DNA from: Trueperaceae bacterium
GTDB taxonomy: Bacteria > Deinococcota > Deinococci > Deinococcales > Trueperaceae
DNA: 64,000 nucleotides
Direction: 5' to 3'
NCBI GenBank assembly: GCA_965215565.1
Contig: CBDCDZ010000004.1
Span: 1,056,001 to 1,120,000 of the forward strand
Both the position numbers and the translations under genes were made by a program. This document shows positions 39,659-49,891 of the stretch, piece by piece (positions within the stretch are counted from its first letter, which is position 1; each line of letters begins with the position of its first letter). The notes beneath the pieces are model-generated. The model worked only from the letters and a program-made list of their open reading frames with translations. It did no database searches and was not told the DNA's origin.

Positions 39659-41179
39659 TCAAGACTGAATCAGCGACTCGCCCGTCATCTCTTCAGGCTT
39701 GTTCAGCCCCATCAGCGCCAGAATCGTCGGCGCGACGTCGCCTAGCACCCCGCCCGAACGCAGCGCATGTTCGCTGCCGATGAGCACACAGGGCACTGGG
39801 TTCGTCGTGTGGGCGGTGTGCGGGCTGCCGTCTTCGGTGAGCATCTTTTCGGCGTTGCCGTGGTCCGCGATGACGATGACCGCACCGCCCTTTTCGGTAA
39901 AGGCGTCTACAATCTTACCCAACCCTTTGTCAGACGCCTCGCACGCTTCTATCGCGGCGTCGATGACGCCCGTGTGACCCACCATGTCGGGGTTCGCGTA
40001 GTTGATGAGGATGAAGTCGTCGTCAAACTCCTGGATGCGCTTGACGGTGTCCTCGGTGAGTTTCGGGGCGCTCATCTCAGGCTGGAGGTCGTACGTAGCG
40101 ACGTCGGGGGAGTCGATGATGTCTCTCGTCTCGCCTTCGAAGGGGGTCTCGACTCTCGCGTCGAAGAAATAGGTCACGTGCGGATACTTCTCGGTTTCAG
40201 CCGTATGGTACTGGGTTTTTCCGGCGAGGCTCAAGACTTCGGCGAGCGGGAGCGTGAGTTCAGGCAGCGCCAAGGCGAAGGGTACGCTCAACTCCTGGTC
40301 GTATTCCATCAGCGAAGCGTAGTGGATATCCACAACCTTGCAGCGCTCAAACTTGTCCCAACCTGCGTCACCCAAAAGCGCGTAGGTCATCTGCCGAGCG
40401 CGGTCCGCACGGAAGTTGAAGAAGACCACGGCGTCGCCCTCGTTAAGGCGTGCGACGGGCTCGCCTTTACTTGTGATGACGGTCGGTTTGATGAATTCGT
40501 CCGTCTCGTCACGGTCATAGGCGTTTCGCACCGCGTCTTCGGCGCTTTCAGCAGTGAATTCCGCCTCGCCGCACACGACCGCGTCGTACGCCTTTTTGAC
40601 CCTGTCCCAGCGGTTGTCGCGGTCCATCGCGAAATAGCGCCCGGAGACGGTGGCAATGGTAATGTCGTGCTCCAACTCGTCAATTTTCTCCTGCAACTGC
40701 GCCACGAAGCCCCGCCCCGAGTCCGGCGCGGTGTCGCGCCCATCCGTGAAAACGTGGACGTAGACAGGCGCAGTTCCCTCGCGCTTGGCGAGTTCTAGGA
40801 GCCCGTAGAGGTGCCCCATGTCGCTATGCACGCCGCCGTCACTCACCAAACCCATGAGGTGGAGGGCGTTACCCGCGTCGTAGGCACCGTTCAAAACCTT
40901 GTTCTCGAAGAATTCGCCGCTGTCGATGAGCTTCTGAATGTACGTAAGGCTCTGCATCACCACGCGCCCCGCGCCTAAGTTCATATGCCCGACTTCGCTG
41001 TTGCCCATCTGTCCGTCAGGTAAGCCCACCGCCTCACCCGAGGCCTCGAGTTCGGTGCGGGGACACTCGTTCCAGTAGCGCTCGAAGTTGGGGGTATTCG
41101 CCCTAGCGACAGCGTTGCCTTCACCCTCCGGGGCGAGACCGAAACCGTCGAGAATGACGAGCATGACTTTTTGACTCAT
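39659..41179 (-). CDS. gpmI: 2,3-bisphosphoglycerate-independent phosphoglycerate mutase
   Basis: ILDGFG, GQMGNSEVGH, SDGGVHS, NFRADRAR, AETEKYPHVT, NPDMVGHTG, ADHGN. Confidence 0.97.
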   Translation of the reverse strand: MSQKVMLVILDGFGLAPEGEGNAVARANTPNFERYWNECPRTELEASGEAVGLPDGQMGNSEVGHMNLGAGRVVMQSLTYIQKLIDSGEFFENKVLNGAYDAGNALHLMGLVSDGGVHSDMGHLYGLLELAKREGTAPVYVHVFTDGRDTAPDSGRGFVAQLQEKIDELEHDITIATVSGRYFAMDRDNRWDRVKKAYDAVVCGEAEFTAESAEDAVRNAYDRDETDEFIKPTVITSKGEPVARLNEGDAVVFFNFRADRARQMTYALLGDAGWDKFERCKVVDIHYASLMEYDQELSVPFALALPELTLPLAEVLSLAGKTQYHTAETEKYPHVTYFFDARVETPFEGETRDIIDSPDVATYDLQPEMSAPKLTEDTVKRIQEFDDDFILINYANPDMVGHTGVIDAAIEACEASDKGLGKIVDAFTEKGGAVIVIADHGNAEKMLTEDGSPHTAHTTNPVPCVLIGSEHALRSGGVLGDVAPTILALMGLNKPEEMTGESLIQS

Positions 41180-41390
41180 AAAAACTCCAAACGAAGGTGA
41201 AAGGCGAGGCGTGCCGAGTATAGCGGCTGAAGCGTCACGCTCGCACTCTACCTCTACAGACCGGTTAGGGGAAAGAGGTCTGCTTCGCTTTTAAGTGGGT
41301 GCTGGAAATAACCTAAATTAACGAGGTTGACAAAACGCATTTGGGAAATCTTTCCAGAAAGTTTAGATTGCTTTAGGCTGGAGTACTTAA

Positions 41391-41525
41391 CAGCAGGTAT
41401 CATCTGGTCAGAAACACTCTCACCTTAGAAAACACTGCTCAGCGCGCACATCTATGAGATAAGGTTCCATTACAGCAAGCTGTGAAATTTGTGCCCGTTT
41501 AGCTCAATATGTCACGGAAATGCTA
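41391..41525 (+). repeat. 111-nt dispersed element with a 23-nt insert
   Basis: CAGCAGGTATCATCTGGTCAG...GGAAATGCTA. Confidence 0.85.
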
Positions 41526-41565
41526 CGTCTCTGCAACGTCATTAAGAACGCGCCAGACAAGAAGT

Positions 41566-41598
41566 GGGAGGGGCTCGAGTCGGACTCGGGCCCCTCCC
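41566..41598. terminator. Stem-loop terminator after the G8-domain gene
   Basis: GGGAGGGGCTCGAGT/ACTCGGGCCCCTCCC. Confidence 0.65.
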
Positions 41599-41613
41599 CT
41601 GACTTTATCTTCT

Positions 41614-44600
41614 TTATTCGACGCTCAACCGCTCAAACTCGCTCTCAGCCACGAGCTTGAGGTGGAGCGTGCTGCCGCTATAGGCGTAGCCCGAAGCAGC
41701 GCTGCTACTAAGCGCACCGACACTGCTATACGCCTCCATCTCTTGACCGAAGCGCGTCACATTCGGCTGACCGGCGTAAGGTACGCGCACCGTGACCGAG
41801 CGCCCTGACCCCTCTTGCAACGTGACGGAGAAGCGCCTAGGCGTGCCGCCTGCCAGCTCTAAATCGTATGTTCTCTCTGGCAAGACGTTCGTCACGAACG
41901 AGTCTGCGGGTGAGCCGCCGACGCCGTACATCACGTGCGCCGCACCGCCGCGCCGCAACGTTACGGTCCTCCCCCGCTCGCCCTCCGTCCTAATGCTCAG
42001 CCTCGCGTACGCTTCGTCACAGACCCACATGTTCCAGTCGCTTCGTTCTTGGCAGTTGTCGGTCACCAAAAAGCGGTTGTCGTAGGTTACAAAGCGTTCC
42101 CGCGTGCCTGTGACCGAGCCGTCTATGTCCCGAAAGACCGTCGAGCGGTAGCCGTCCGCTGGGTTTTCGCTAGAGTCGTCCGGTACGGGTGCCATGTAGA
42201 CACGCTTGGTGTTTTCTGCGAAAGAGAGCCCTTGGGCGTAGCTCTCCGGGCTCATCGGGAAGGCGGTGAACTCGAGGGTGCTCAGCGCGCTCGCCTCGCG
42301 CCGAGCGTTCGGCTCGAAGCGGGTGAAAAAGCTGCTCTCTGCGCCCACTTTGCCGTCGTAGTACTCGAAGCCGCGGATGGGAAAGTCGGGCGCGAAGGGT
42401 CTGGGCAGGCTCCTGCCGTCCTCGCCAATTCTGTTCTCGTTGACCTCGTAATTGCGCGGCGTCCCTAAGTTTGCGCTCTCGCCGACCAAAACGCTCTCTC
42501 TCAGCACCGTTTCGTCCGCCGCGAAGGTCGCGCCGATGGCGTTGTCGGCGAGCATGGCCTCCTCCAGCGCGAGGTTGTAGCCGCGCAGCCAGACGCCCCG
42601 GTTGCGGTTTTTGTAAACCGTGAAGTCGGCAAAGACCGCTTCGACGGCGCTTGACTCGTCGTCACCCGGCGTCTCGCGAGGACGGTACGAGGCGACTTCG
42701 GTCTCGAGGTTCTCGTCAGGTCCGTTGTCCACGTGAAGTCCGTTAGTGCGGTTGGAATGAGCGACGTTACCTGAGAAACTACCGAGCGGGGTCTGGCGCG
42801 GCCATACATCGTCCGTTGCCGAGGGACCCGTAGGGTGCTCGGGCAGCGCAACCCAGAAGCCCGTACCCGCCGAGCCCGCCGCGATGTTATCTTCGTACGT
42901 GTTGTCTGGATTCGTAATCCAGTAGACCGCAGGACCGAGAAAGCTGTCGTCGGACGGGAGCAAGGTGTCGCCCTCTTCAGGTTCGTAGATGCTCAGACCG
43001 AGATTGCCTCTAAAGACGTTGCCCGTTTCGATACCGTCCTCTAAAAAGTAGCAGTGACCGGGCGCGTCGTACGCAACGTTGTCCACTACCTCGACGCCGT
43101 TCGAGCCGTGGATGGTCACACAGCGGTTGAAGCTGGTGTGGACGCTCGAGCCCCGCAGATATGAGCCCCTCGAGGTGTCGCCGTTGAGGTGAAAGTGAAG
43201 AGGGTAACGCCCCTGCTCGCTGCGCTGACCCATGCGCCGCAGCTCGATATGGGCGAGTTCCGCCCTGCCGCCCTCCATGACCATCACGTGTCCGCCGAAG
43301 CCGCCTTCTTCCGAGGCTTCATCGCCTTGCACCGTGATGCTGCGGCTCAGCAGTCCTACTTCAGCGCGTTCGTCGAGCGTTTTGCCGCCGAAGCTCTGCG
43401 TCTCGCCGTAGTGCATGAACTCGAGGGGTTCATCCAGTTCGACGCGGTCGCCGGAGACAGCGGTGATCATGCGCGTCTCAGCCTGCTCGTAGTCGAAATC
43501 GGTGGAGGCGATGACGATCTCGTCGCCCACACGCCAACCGCTTGCGTCGGCGACGCTCAGGGCGCTGTCGTCCGCTTGCGCCGTACTGCTGAGGCGGCTC
43601 CAGCTAGGACGCGGCTGCGCGTGCAAGCTGAGCACGCCCCCCGCCATGACGCCCAACACCTTCGCGCCCATCATCATCGTCGTCTGACCTTCGTCACCCG
43701 TCAGCGTAAGGGTCAGCGACTCCCTAAAGGGCTCCTCTGCAGTGCCGCACTCGAAGCGCCCCGTCACCATGATGAGGTCAGCCTTCACGTCCAGGTCGCG
43801 CTCGGCGCAGCGAAGCGTCCCTGCCACGCTGACGCGCCCCAGCGTCACGTCCGCGTCGAGGAGCACCGCTTGATCCTCGGTGATAGTCACGTCTGCGCCC
43901 TCGCTCGGCACCTGCCCGCCCCACGTCGCGGCGTCGGACCAGCGCTGAAAGTTTGCAGGCGCGGGTGACGGGCTCACACCATCGTCCACGCTCTCACCCA
44001 CGACGAACTGAGCTTTAACCGAGGTCACGTCCCCGGACGCTGAGGTGATGTCCGCCGTAACGGTGTGCTCCCCTGCGCTCAGGGCGCTCACGCCAAAGCC
44101 CGCCGCGAGACCGTCCGGGCGCGTCCGGGCGAAGTCGTAGAAGGGGACGCGCTCAACCGAAGGCGTGCCCGCCACCTCGAGCACGTCCCCGTCCAGGCTG
44201 AAGGTGATCTGCTCGGGTTCCGCCTCGGGCACGAGGAAGATGTAGACCTCGTCCGAGAGGGTTTGACCCGCTAAGGGTTCCGCCTCGGTACGTTCGGGCA
44301 CGAAGCTCACCAAGAGCTGGTCGCGCCACGCGCCACTGTTATCGACCAAGAACGTCGCCGTGACGACGCGCGTCTCGCCGCCCTGCGCTAGCGCCGCCGT
44401 GAGCGTGTGCATCCCGTCCTCTAGCTTCGTGCTGTCGAAGAGCGCATAGCCGGGCTCGAGGTCTAGTGCCCCGCCATCCTCCACATTGTAGGGCTCCCCC
44501 GTTCGCTCTGGGTTGTCGAGGTAGAAAGACGCCTCGTCTACCCCCTCCTCGTTGACGTAGATATAGACGTCGCCGCTGACGAGCGCGGCGTCTAAAAGCT

Positions 44601-44751
44601 GAGCGTCAGTGCGCTCAATGCTCGAGCTGACCGACAACATGCGCGCGCTGTCATCTCGGGCAGCCTCCAAGGTGTCCTGACTCTGATTTGCGCAGGCGCT
44701 CAGCAGCGCGAGACCCATCACGAGGACGAACTTCCAATAACCTATCTTCAC
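41614..44751 (-). CDS. Large lipoprotein with G8 domain and beta-helix region (TMEM2/CEMIP-like)
   Basis: Lipobox LSAC after GTG 44751 (RBS GAAGGAG); RWSDAATWGGQVP (G8), AEVGLLSRSI, GRYPLHFH, SFNRCVTIHG, GHCYFLEDG. Confidence 0.85.
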   Translation of the reverse strand: MKIGYWKFVLVMGLALLSACANQSQDTLEAARDDSARMLSVSSSIERTDAQLLDAALVSGDVYIYVNEEGVDEASFYLDNPERTGEPYNVEDGGALDLEPGYALFDSTKLEDGMHTLTAALAQGGETRVVTATFLVDNSGAWRDQLLVSFVPERTEAEPLAGQTLSDEVYIFLVPEAEPEQITFSLDGDVLEVAGTPSVERVPFYDFARTRPDGLAAGFGVSALSAGEHTVTADITSASGDVTSVKAQFVVGESVDDGVSPSPAPANFQRWSDAATWGGQVPSEGADVTITEDQAVLLDADVTLGRVSVAGTLRCAERDLDVKADLIMVTGRFECGTAEEPFRESLTLTLTGDEGQTTMMMGAKVLGVMAGGVLSLHAQPRPSWSRLSSTAQADDSALSVADASGWRVGDEIVIASTDFDYEQAETRMITAVSGDRVELDEPLEFMHYGETQSFGGKTLDERAEVGLLSRSITVQGDEASEEGGFGGHVMVMEGGRAELAHIELRRMGQRSEQGRYPLHFHLNGDTSRGSYLRGSSVHTSFNRCVTIHGSNGVEVVDNVAYDAPGHCYFLEDGIETGNVFRGNLGLSIYEPEEGDTLLPSDDSFLGPAVYWITNPDNTYEDNIAAGSAGTGFWVALPEHPTGPSATDDVWPRQTPLGSFSGNVAHSNRTNGLHVDNGPDENLETEVASYRPRETPGDDESSAVEAVFADFTVYKNRNRGVWLRGYNLALEEAMLADNAIGATFAADETVLRESVLVGESANLGTPRNYEVNENRIGEDGRSLPRPFAPDFPIRGFEYYDGKVGAESSFFTRFEPNARREASALSTLEFTAFPMSPESYAQGLSFAENTKRVYMAPVPDDSSENPADGYRSTVFRDIDGSVTGTRERFVTYDNRFLVTDNCQERSDWNMWVCDEAYARLSIRTEGERGRTVTLRRGGAAHVMYGVGGSPADSFVTNVLPERTYDLELAGGTPRRFSVTLQEGSGRSVTVRVPYAGQPNVTRFGQEMEAYSSVGALSSSAASGYAYSGSTLHLKLVAESEFERLSVE

Positions 44752-45025
44752 ATTCACTCCTTCAGAAAAGACTTTCGTACATTGAGACGGTCTGTTCTCA
44801 TTCCCTCCTCGTTTGCGGCGCAAAGCGCCCTGACCCCTTAGTAGCGTGCAAAAGTCAACGTCACGCGGTGGAGCGAGAAGGTGCAGAAAGGAAGAGCGTG
44901 AAAGGAGCGCCCAGTGGTTACGTTTTGCCGGGCCGTCATGAAGCCATAAGGCATCTGCCGCCACCCTAAACCAGGACGCAAGTCTCTGCGTGGTTAAAGA
45001 TAGTAGGTAGAATGCTAAATATATC

Positions 45026-45045
45026 AGTGTGATTAGTCTCACACT
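45026..45045. promoter_or_regulatory. CRP-family binding site
   Basis: AG-TGTGA-TTAGTC-TCACA-CT, a perfect TGTGA-N6-TCACA between divergent lipoprotein genes. Confidence 0.65.
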
Positions 45046-45308
45046 TTGCTTCACAGACATTCGCAGTTTACGAAGGGCTCATGATAGGTAGAGGAGAAGA
45101 TGGCGAGCTTTGTGAGTTGACCTTTGGGGTCGCCCTAATACAGTTGGGGCGACTAAGAACGATCTGCAATCACGGAGACGAGAGGGTACTCGGTCAAATG
45201 CGCGGCGAACCCACTGAAAGCTACCTCGATATGAAATTTCACCGTTGCGTACCTGCTCGAGCTTGGTTAGATAAGAAAGAGGTCAAACCTCACTGAGAGA
45301 GGAGAAAG

Positions 45309-45930
45309 ATGAAGAAATTCGTGATATTGGTGGCGGCTTTCGGCGTCGCTCTAGTTCTGACTGCGTGCGGAACGTCCGGTGAAAGCGGCGCGTCGGCGCG
45401 GACGATTGCAGGTCAGGTAGAGGATTACGATGGGTTGGCGGGGATACTCGAGGCCGAAAATAGCTTCGACGATCTAGTTGACGTGGGTGAAGGCTCAATA
45501 AGATGCGAATGGAAATTTCACGCTTGAGCTGGACAGCACGGTTCCCGAGTCTGCTTTAGCTCCGCTGGAGTACCCCTGTGACGGGATCACGATGTCGAAT
45601 CCCGACGCGAAAGGTCTCACCATCGCTGAGCTAAGGGTAGTGTCGGAAGGTGCTACCGCAGGTAATCTGGCGCTGTCTAACGTAAACCCTAGTTCAGACT
45701 CAGCTTCTAGCAGCGTCACAGCGCGCTTATATGTCGATGGAGACGCAACTATCCGAGGTACGTGCGAATTCTCTAACGAGTTCGGTTCCTCAAAGCAAAC
45801 GCTCGACCTGAACTTAAAAAACGGCTGGAACATTATCTCTGCGGATACGAGCTTCAACGAAGCGAACAACAGCTACGAGGTCAAGGCGTATAACGGTGCA
45901 GCATCAGGCGTGAAGTGGTTCTACTACTGA
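45309..45930 (+). pseudogene. Lipoprotein split by a +1 frameshift near 45501
   Basis: Lipobox LTAC; GEGSI continues as DANGNFTLEL..MSNPDAK..LNLKNGWN in the next frame. Confidence 0.75.
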
Positions 45931-45969
45931 GGTTTTACTACTCACCGAGTCGAGATGAATATTAGAGCG

Positions 45970-46000
45970 AAGCCCCGTCACCATGCGGGGCTTTTCTTTT
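45970..46000 (+). terminator. Intrinsic terminator
   Basis: AAGCCCCG/CGGGGCTT followed by TTCTTTT. Confidence 0.75.
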
Positions 46001-46117
46001 CATATGTCATAGTAAAAACGTGAAATTCTCGAGAAACCTTTTTAGAGATGTCGATAAGGTGATAAGTAGCGCCGGGTCCTACCTCGACGCGACTCAGTAT
46101 CATAGCGAGGTCTCAGC

Positions 46118-47422
46118 GTGATTGAGCGCTACACCACCCCTGAGATGAAACACCTGTGGGGCGAGACGAGGAAGTATCAGGTCTGGCTAGACGTCGAACT
46201 CGCCGCGACGCAAGCGTGGGAGGACTTGGGCGAAGTCCCGGCGGGCACGGCGGCGCGCATTCGCGAGACGCTGCAACGTCAACCTCTCGACGACGCTTTT
46301 GCGGCGCGCGTCGCGGAGATAGAGGCGCAGACGAGACACGACATCGTCGCGTTCACCCGCGCCTTGACCGAGCGCGTCGGCGACGAGGCGAAGTATATCC
46401 ACAAGGGTTTGACGAGCACGGACGTGGTGGACTCAGCGCAAAACTTGGTGCTGCGCGAGGCGTTGGATATTATCATTCAGGACGTTCGCACGTTGCAAGA
46501 GGTCGTTAAAGACAAAGCGGTAGAATATAAGCACACGCCCTGCATTGGGCGCACGCACGGCGTCCACGCGGAGCCGATGACCTTCGGGCTCAAATTTCTC
46601 AATTTTTACGCGGCGCTCTCACGTGACGCCGAACGTTTGGAGCGCGCGAAGGACGCTGTGAGCGTCGTGATGCTCTCGGGCTCGGTAGGAACGTACGCGC
46701 ACGTGCCGCCCGAGATCGAAGAGAAGGTCGCGAAGCGGTTGGGGCTCCACGCGGACCCGGTCACGAATCAGACGGTGGCAAGGGACCGACACGCCGAGTT
46801 GATGAGCGCCCTGGCGATTTTCGGCACGACTTTGGAGCGCGTCGCCGTAGAGATTCGTCACCTCCAGCGCACCGAAGTGCGCGAGGCGCAAGAGGGGTTT
46901 AGGCAAGGGCAGACGGGCTCGTCGTCCATGCCGCACAAAAAGAACCCCATCGCCACCGAGAACATCTCCGGTACCGCCCGGCTCATGCGCTCGAACTTGC
47001 AAGCGGCGTTGGAGAACGTCGCCCTGTGGCACGAGCGCGACATCTCACACTCGTCGGTGGAGCGCGTCATCCTGCCCGACACAACGACGCTAGCGAGCTA
47101 CGCGGCGCGGCGCTTAACGGAGGTGGTACGCAACCTCGTCGTCTACCCTGAGAACATGCGCGAGAACTTGGATGCCCTGCACGGGCTCATCTATTCGCAG
47201 CGCGTCTTACATCTGCTGATCGACAAGGGGATGACGCGCGAAGACGCCTATGAGGTGGTGCAGCGTGGCAGCTTGACCTCTTGGGAGAGCGGCGCACCGC
47301 TTCAAAGCCTCATCCACGCAGACGCCGCGAGCCCCTTGACCGAGGACGAGCTAGCCGAGGCCTTTGACCCGGCTTGGTATCTGCGGCACGTCGATGAAGT
47401 TTACGCACGTTTTGGGCTGTGA
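46118..47422 (+). CDS. purB: Adenylosuccinate lyase
   Basis: [52 protein letters not shown]. Confidence 0.97.
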   Translation: MIERYTTPEMKHLWGETRKYQVWLDVELAATQAWEDLGEVPAGTAARIRETLQRQPLDDAFAARVAEIEAQTRHDIVAFTRALTERVGDEAKYIHKGLTSTDVVDSAQNLVLREALDIIIQDVRTLQEVVKDKAVEYKHTPCIGRTHGVHAEPMTFGLKFLNFYAALSRDAERLERAKDAVSVVMLSGSVGTYAHVPPEIEEKVAKRLGLHADPVTNQTVARDRHAELMSALAIFGTTLERVAVEIRHLQRTEVREAQEGFRQGQTGSSSMPHKKNPIATENISGTARLMRSNLQAALENVALWHERDISHSSVERVILPDTTTLASYAARRLTEVVRNLVVYPENMRENLDALHGLIYSQRVLHLLIDKGMTREDAYEVVQRGSLTSWESGAPLQSLIHADAASPLTEDELAEAFDPAWYLRHVDEVYARFGL

Positions 47423-47449
47423 ACGCTGTGGTGTGAATATTGTAAATAA

Positions 47450-47498
47450 AGAGGCGTCCTGACCCGAGCCTATATTAGGCTTACGTCAGGACGCCTCT
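47450..47498. terminator. Stem-loop between convergent purB and sulfurtransferase genes
   Basis: 14-bp AGAGGCGTCCTGAC/GTCAGGACGCCTCT. Confidence 0.7.
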
Positions 47499-47572
47499 CC
47501 CTATTCTCACTCCTGAGATTTGCTTTCGTCTACCCAACCATCTCTTCCGGGCACCTCGAGCAGTGCGAGCGC

Positions 47573-48427
47573 CTAGCTCCCCTTCTCGATAGGTACGCCG
47601 ACGCTGTTGCCCCACTCCGTCCAGGAGCCGTCGTAGTTTTTAACGTTCTCGTAACCTAAGAGGTACTTGAGGACGAACCACGAGTGAGAGGAACGCTCCG
47701 CGATGCGGCAGTAGGCGATGATGTCCTTGTCGTCCGTGACGCCCTCTGCGTCGTAAATCTCCTTGAGTTCGTCGGCGCTCTTAAAGGTACCATCCTCGTT
47801 GGCGGCTTTCGCCCAGGGGATGTTGCTCGCGCCGGGGATGTGACCACCCCTTAGCACGCCCTCTTGCGGGTAGTTGGGCATGTGCGTCACCTCGCCGCTG
47901 AATTCGCCGGGGGAGCGCACGTCCACCATCGCGCCCTGACCGGCTTTGACCTTGTCGAGATGCGCCAAGACTTCGTCTTTGAACGCTCTGAAGTCGGGGT
48001 TGCGCTGACCGGGTGTGTAGGAGCCTCTTTCAAAGCTCGGCACGTCAGTGGTCATGGGTTTGTCCTCGAGCGCCCACTTCACCCGCCCGCCGTTCATGAG
48101 CCGCACGTCCTCATGACCACTGTACTTAAAGAACCAGAAGGCGTAGGCAGCCCACCAGTTGTTCTTATCGCCGTAGAGGATGATCGTCGTGTCGTTCGAG
48201 ATGCCTAAACGTTCAAAAAGCTGTGCCAGCTCGTCCGGCTGGACGAATTCGCGCATGGTGTCGTCCCACAAGTCGATGAGCCAGTCGATCTTCTGGCTAC
48301 CGGGGATGTGACCGGTATCGTACAAGAGCACGTCTTCATCCACCTCTAAGAGGCGCACGTTGTCGTCTTGGTGATGCTCCAGGACCCAGGCGGTTGAAAC
48401 GAGTACATCGGGGTTGGCGTAATCCAT
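47573..48427 (-). CDS. Tandem-domain rhodanese thiosulfate sulfurtransferase
   Basis: LVSTAW, GHIPG twice, YCRIAERSS active loop, [10 protein letters not shown]. Confidence 0.93.
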   Translation of the reverse strand: MDYANPDVLVSTAWVLEHHQDDNVRLLEVDEDVLLYDTGHIPGSQKIDWLIDLWDDTMREFVQPDELAQLFERLGISNDTTIILYGDKNNWWAAYAFWFFKYSGHEDVRLMNGGRVKWALEDKPMTTDVPSFERGSYTPGQRNPDFRAFKDEVLAHLDKVKAGQGAMVDVRSPGEFSGEVTHMPNYPQEGVLRGGHIPGASNIPWAKAANEDGTFKSADELKEIYDAEGVTDDKDIIAYCRIAERSSHSWFVLKYLLGYENVKNYDGSWTEWGNSVGVPIEKGS

Positions 48428-48680
48428 ATTTCCTCCAAATTGGTTTAATGTTGACATAAAAGCTCAATCATTGTTGAAGGCTGGCGGACATCACAATACC
48501 TGAGTGCGAGGACGATATATGAGTATGGGTGCCGTGCGCAGGACGTACGCATGTAAATTCGTGAGGTTTTATTCACATTCTATTTGTAACTCTTGAAGGG
48601 ACGGATTTCGGTTCTGTACCCTTTAGCAGCGAGCTTCGTGCCCATTCCAAAAGGTTTGTCGCAGCCACCTTGTGCCGAGC

Positions 48681-49684
48681 CTAAGCGCTTCCTTGTGGTT
48701 TACCCAAGAAGCGCGCGATAGGGCGTAAGCTGTCGAACTCCTCGAATATAAGAACGACAGCGGTGGTGAGCGGCACGGCGATGAACGCACCCCCAATGCC
48801 CCAAAGCCAGCCCCAAAAGACGATAGAGAGCAGCACGACGGTCTCAGACAATTGGAGGGCGCTGCCTTGAAGTTCAGGGTCGACCACGTTGCCCATGAGA
48901 ATCTGGATAAGCCCTAGACCGAGCAGAACGAGGAGCGCAAGCAAAGGACCACTAAAGGCGAGTGCGAAGAGTGTAGGCGGGACCACCGAAATGATTGAGC
49001 CGATCGTCGGCACGAAGTTGAGCACCAACGCCAACAGCCCCCACACGTAGGCGAACTCGAGCCCTAAAAGCCAGCAGAAGAGCCCCGTGAGGAGACCCGT
49101 AATCACGCTCGAGACCGCCTGCACCAAGAAAAAGCGCTCAAACTTGCCCGTCATCTTCGAAAGAGCGTCCAAAACCTTGCGGTTGCCGGGCGTCTGGAGG
49201 TTGCGGCCTAACTTGTCGCGGAATTCTTTTACCTCGAGCAGCAAAAACACGAGGACGGCGAGCGTTAGGAGCGCGACGCTCAGCGAGCCCAAAAAGGAGC
49301 CGAGCGGACCTAGAAACTGACTTGACCCGGCGCTGCCCTGCGGCGAGGAAAGTGGCACGCCGAGCCGCTCGCGGAGGGCCTGCACTTGTGCCTGCAACTG
49401 CTCGGCGTACTGCGGAACCTGCGGCGCGACGACCGACACGGCGTAGGCGACAGCCGCAAAGAAAAACCCCAAAAGTGCGAACACGAGAAGCAAGATGAGG
49501 AGCATACCCACCCAGCGGGGTACGTGTACGCTCAGCCGCTTCTGGAGCGGTCTAAAGACGAGCAGCAGCACCGCTGCGTTGCGAGCGGCAGCGCGACGGG
49601 CTGCGTCGCTCGCAACGCGGCGAAAACTAAAATAGTGAGGATAAGGGCGGCGAACGTCCTGATCTCTGCGGTTTGGTCTGTCAT
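48681..49684 (-). pseudogene. AI-2E family transporter with a 1-nt frameshift near 49578
   Basis: MTDQTAEIRTFAALILTILVFAALRATQPVALPLA is out of frame by one base with VLLLVFRPLQ..LNFVPTIGS..WGWLWGIGG. Confidence 0.75.
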
Positions 49685-49891
49685 AGCGTCCCCCTAGCGT
49701 AAAACCTACGCCGCACCCGACCGACTGAACTGTAAGGCGTCTCTACATTCAGCCTCGCGTCTACTGATGCCAATCTAAGCAGAGGCTTTAGGACCACTTT
49801 AAGGTATGCGCCAGGCGAATCTAAAGGGAATACACCGCTTACGTTTTTGCCATTCCGACTACCTGCACGCTAGAGAGCGGCCCGGGCGCTC

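Noticed and set aside
39767..43968. Long antisense ORFs such as 39767..40798 and 43189..43968
   Set aside because: Shadow frames of gpmI and the G8 gene, expected in GC-rich DNA; no motifs
44760..45020. Possible riboswitch upstream of the G8 gene, and the ORF extension to 45060
   Set aside because: No riboswitch consensus recognised; the lipobox and RBS place the start at 44751
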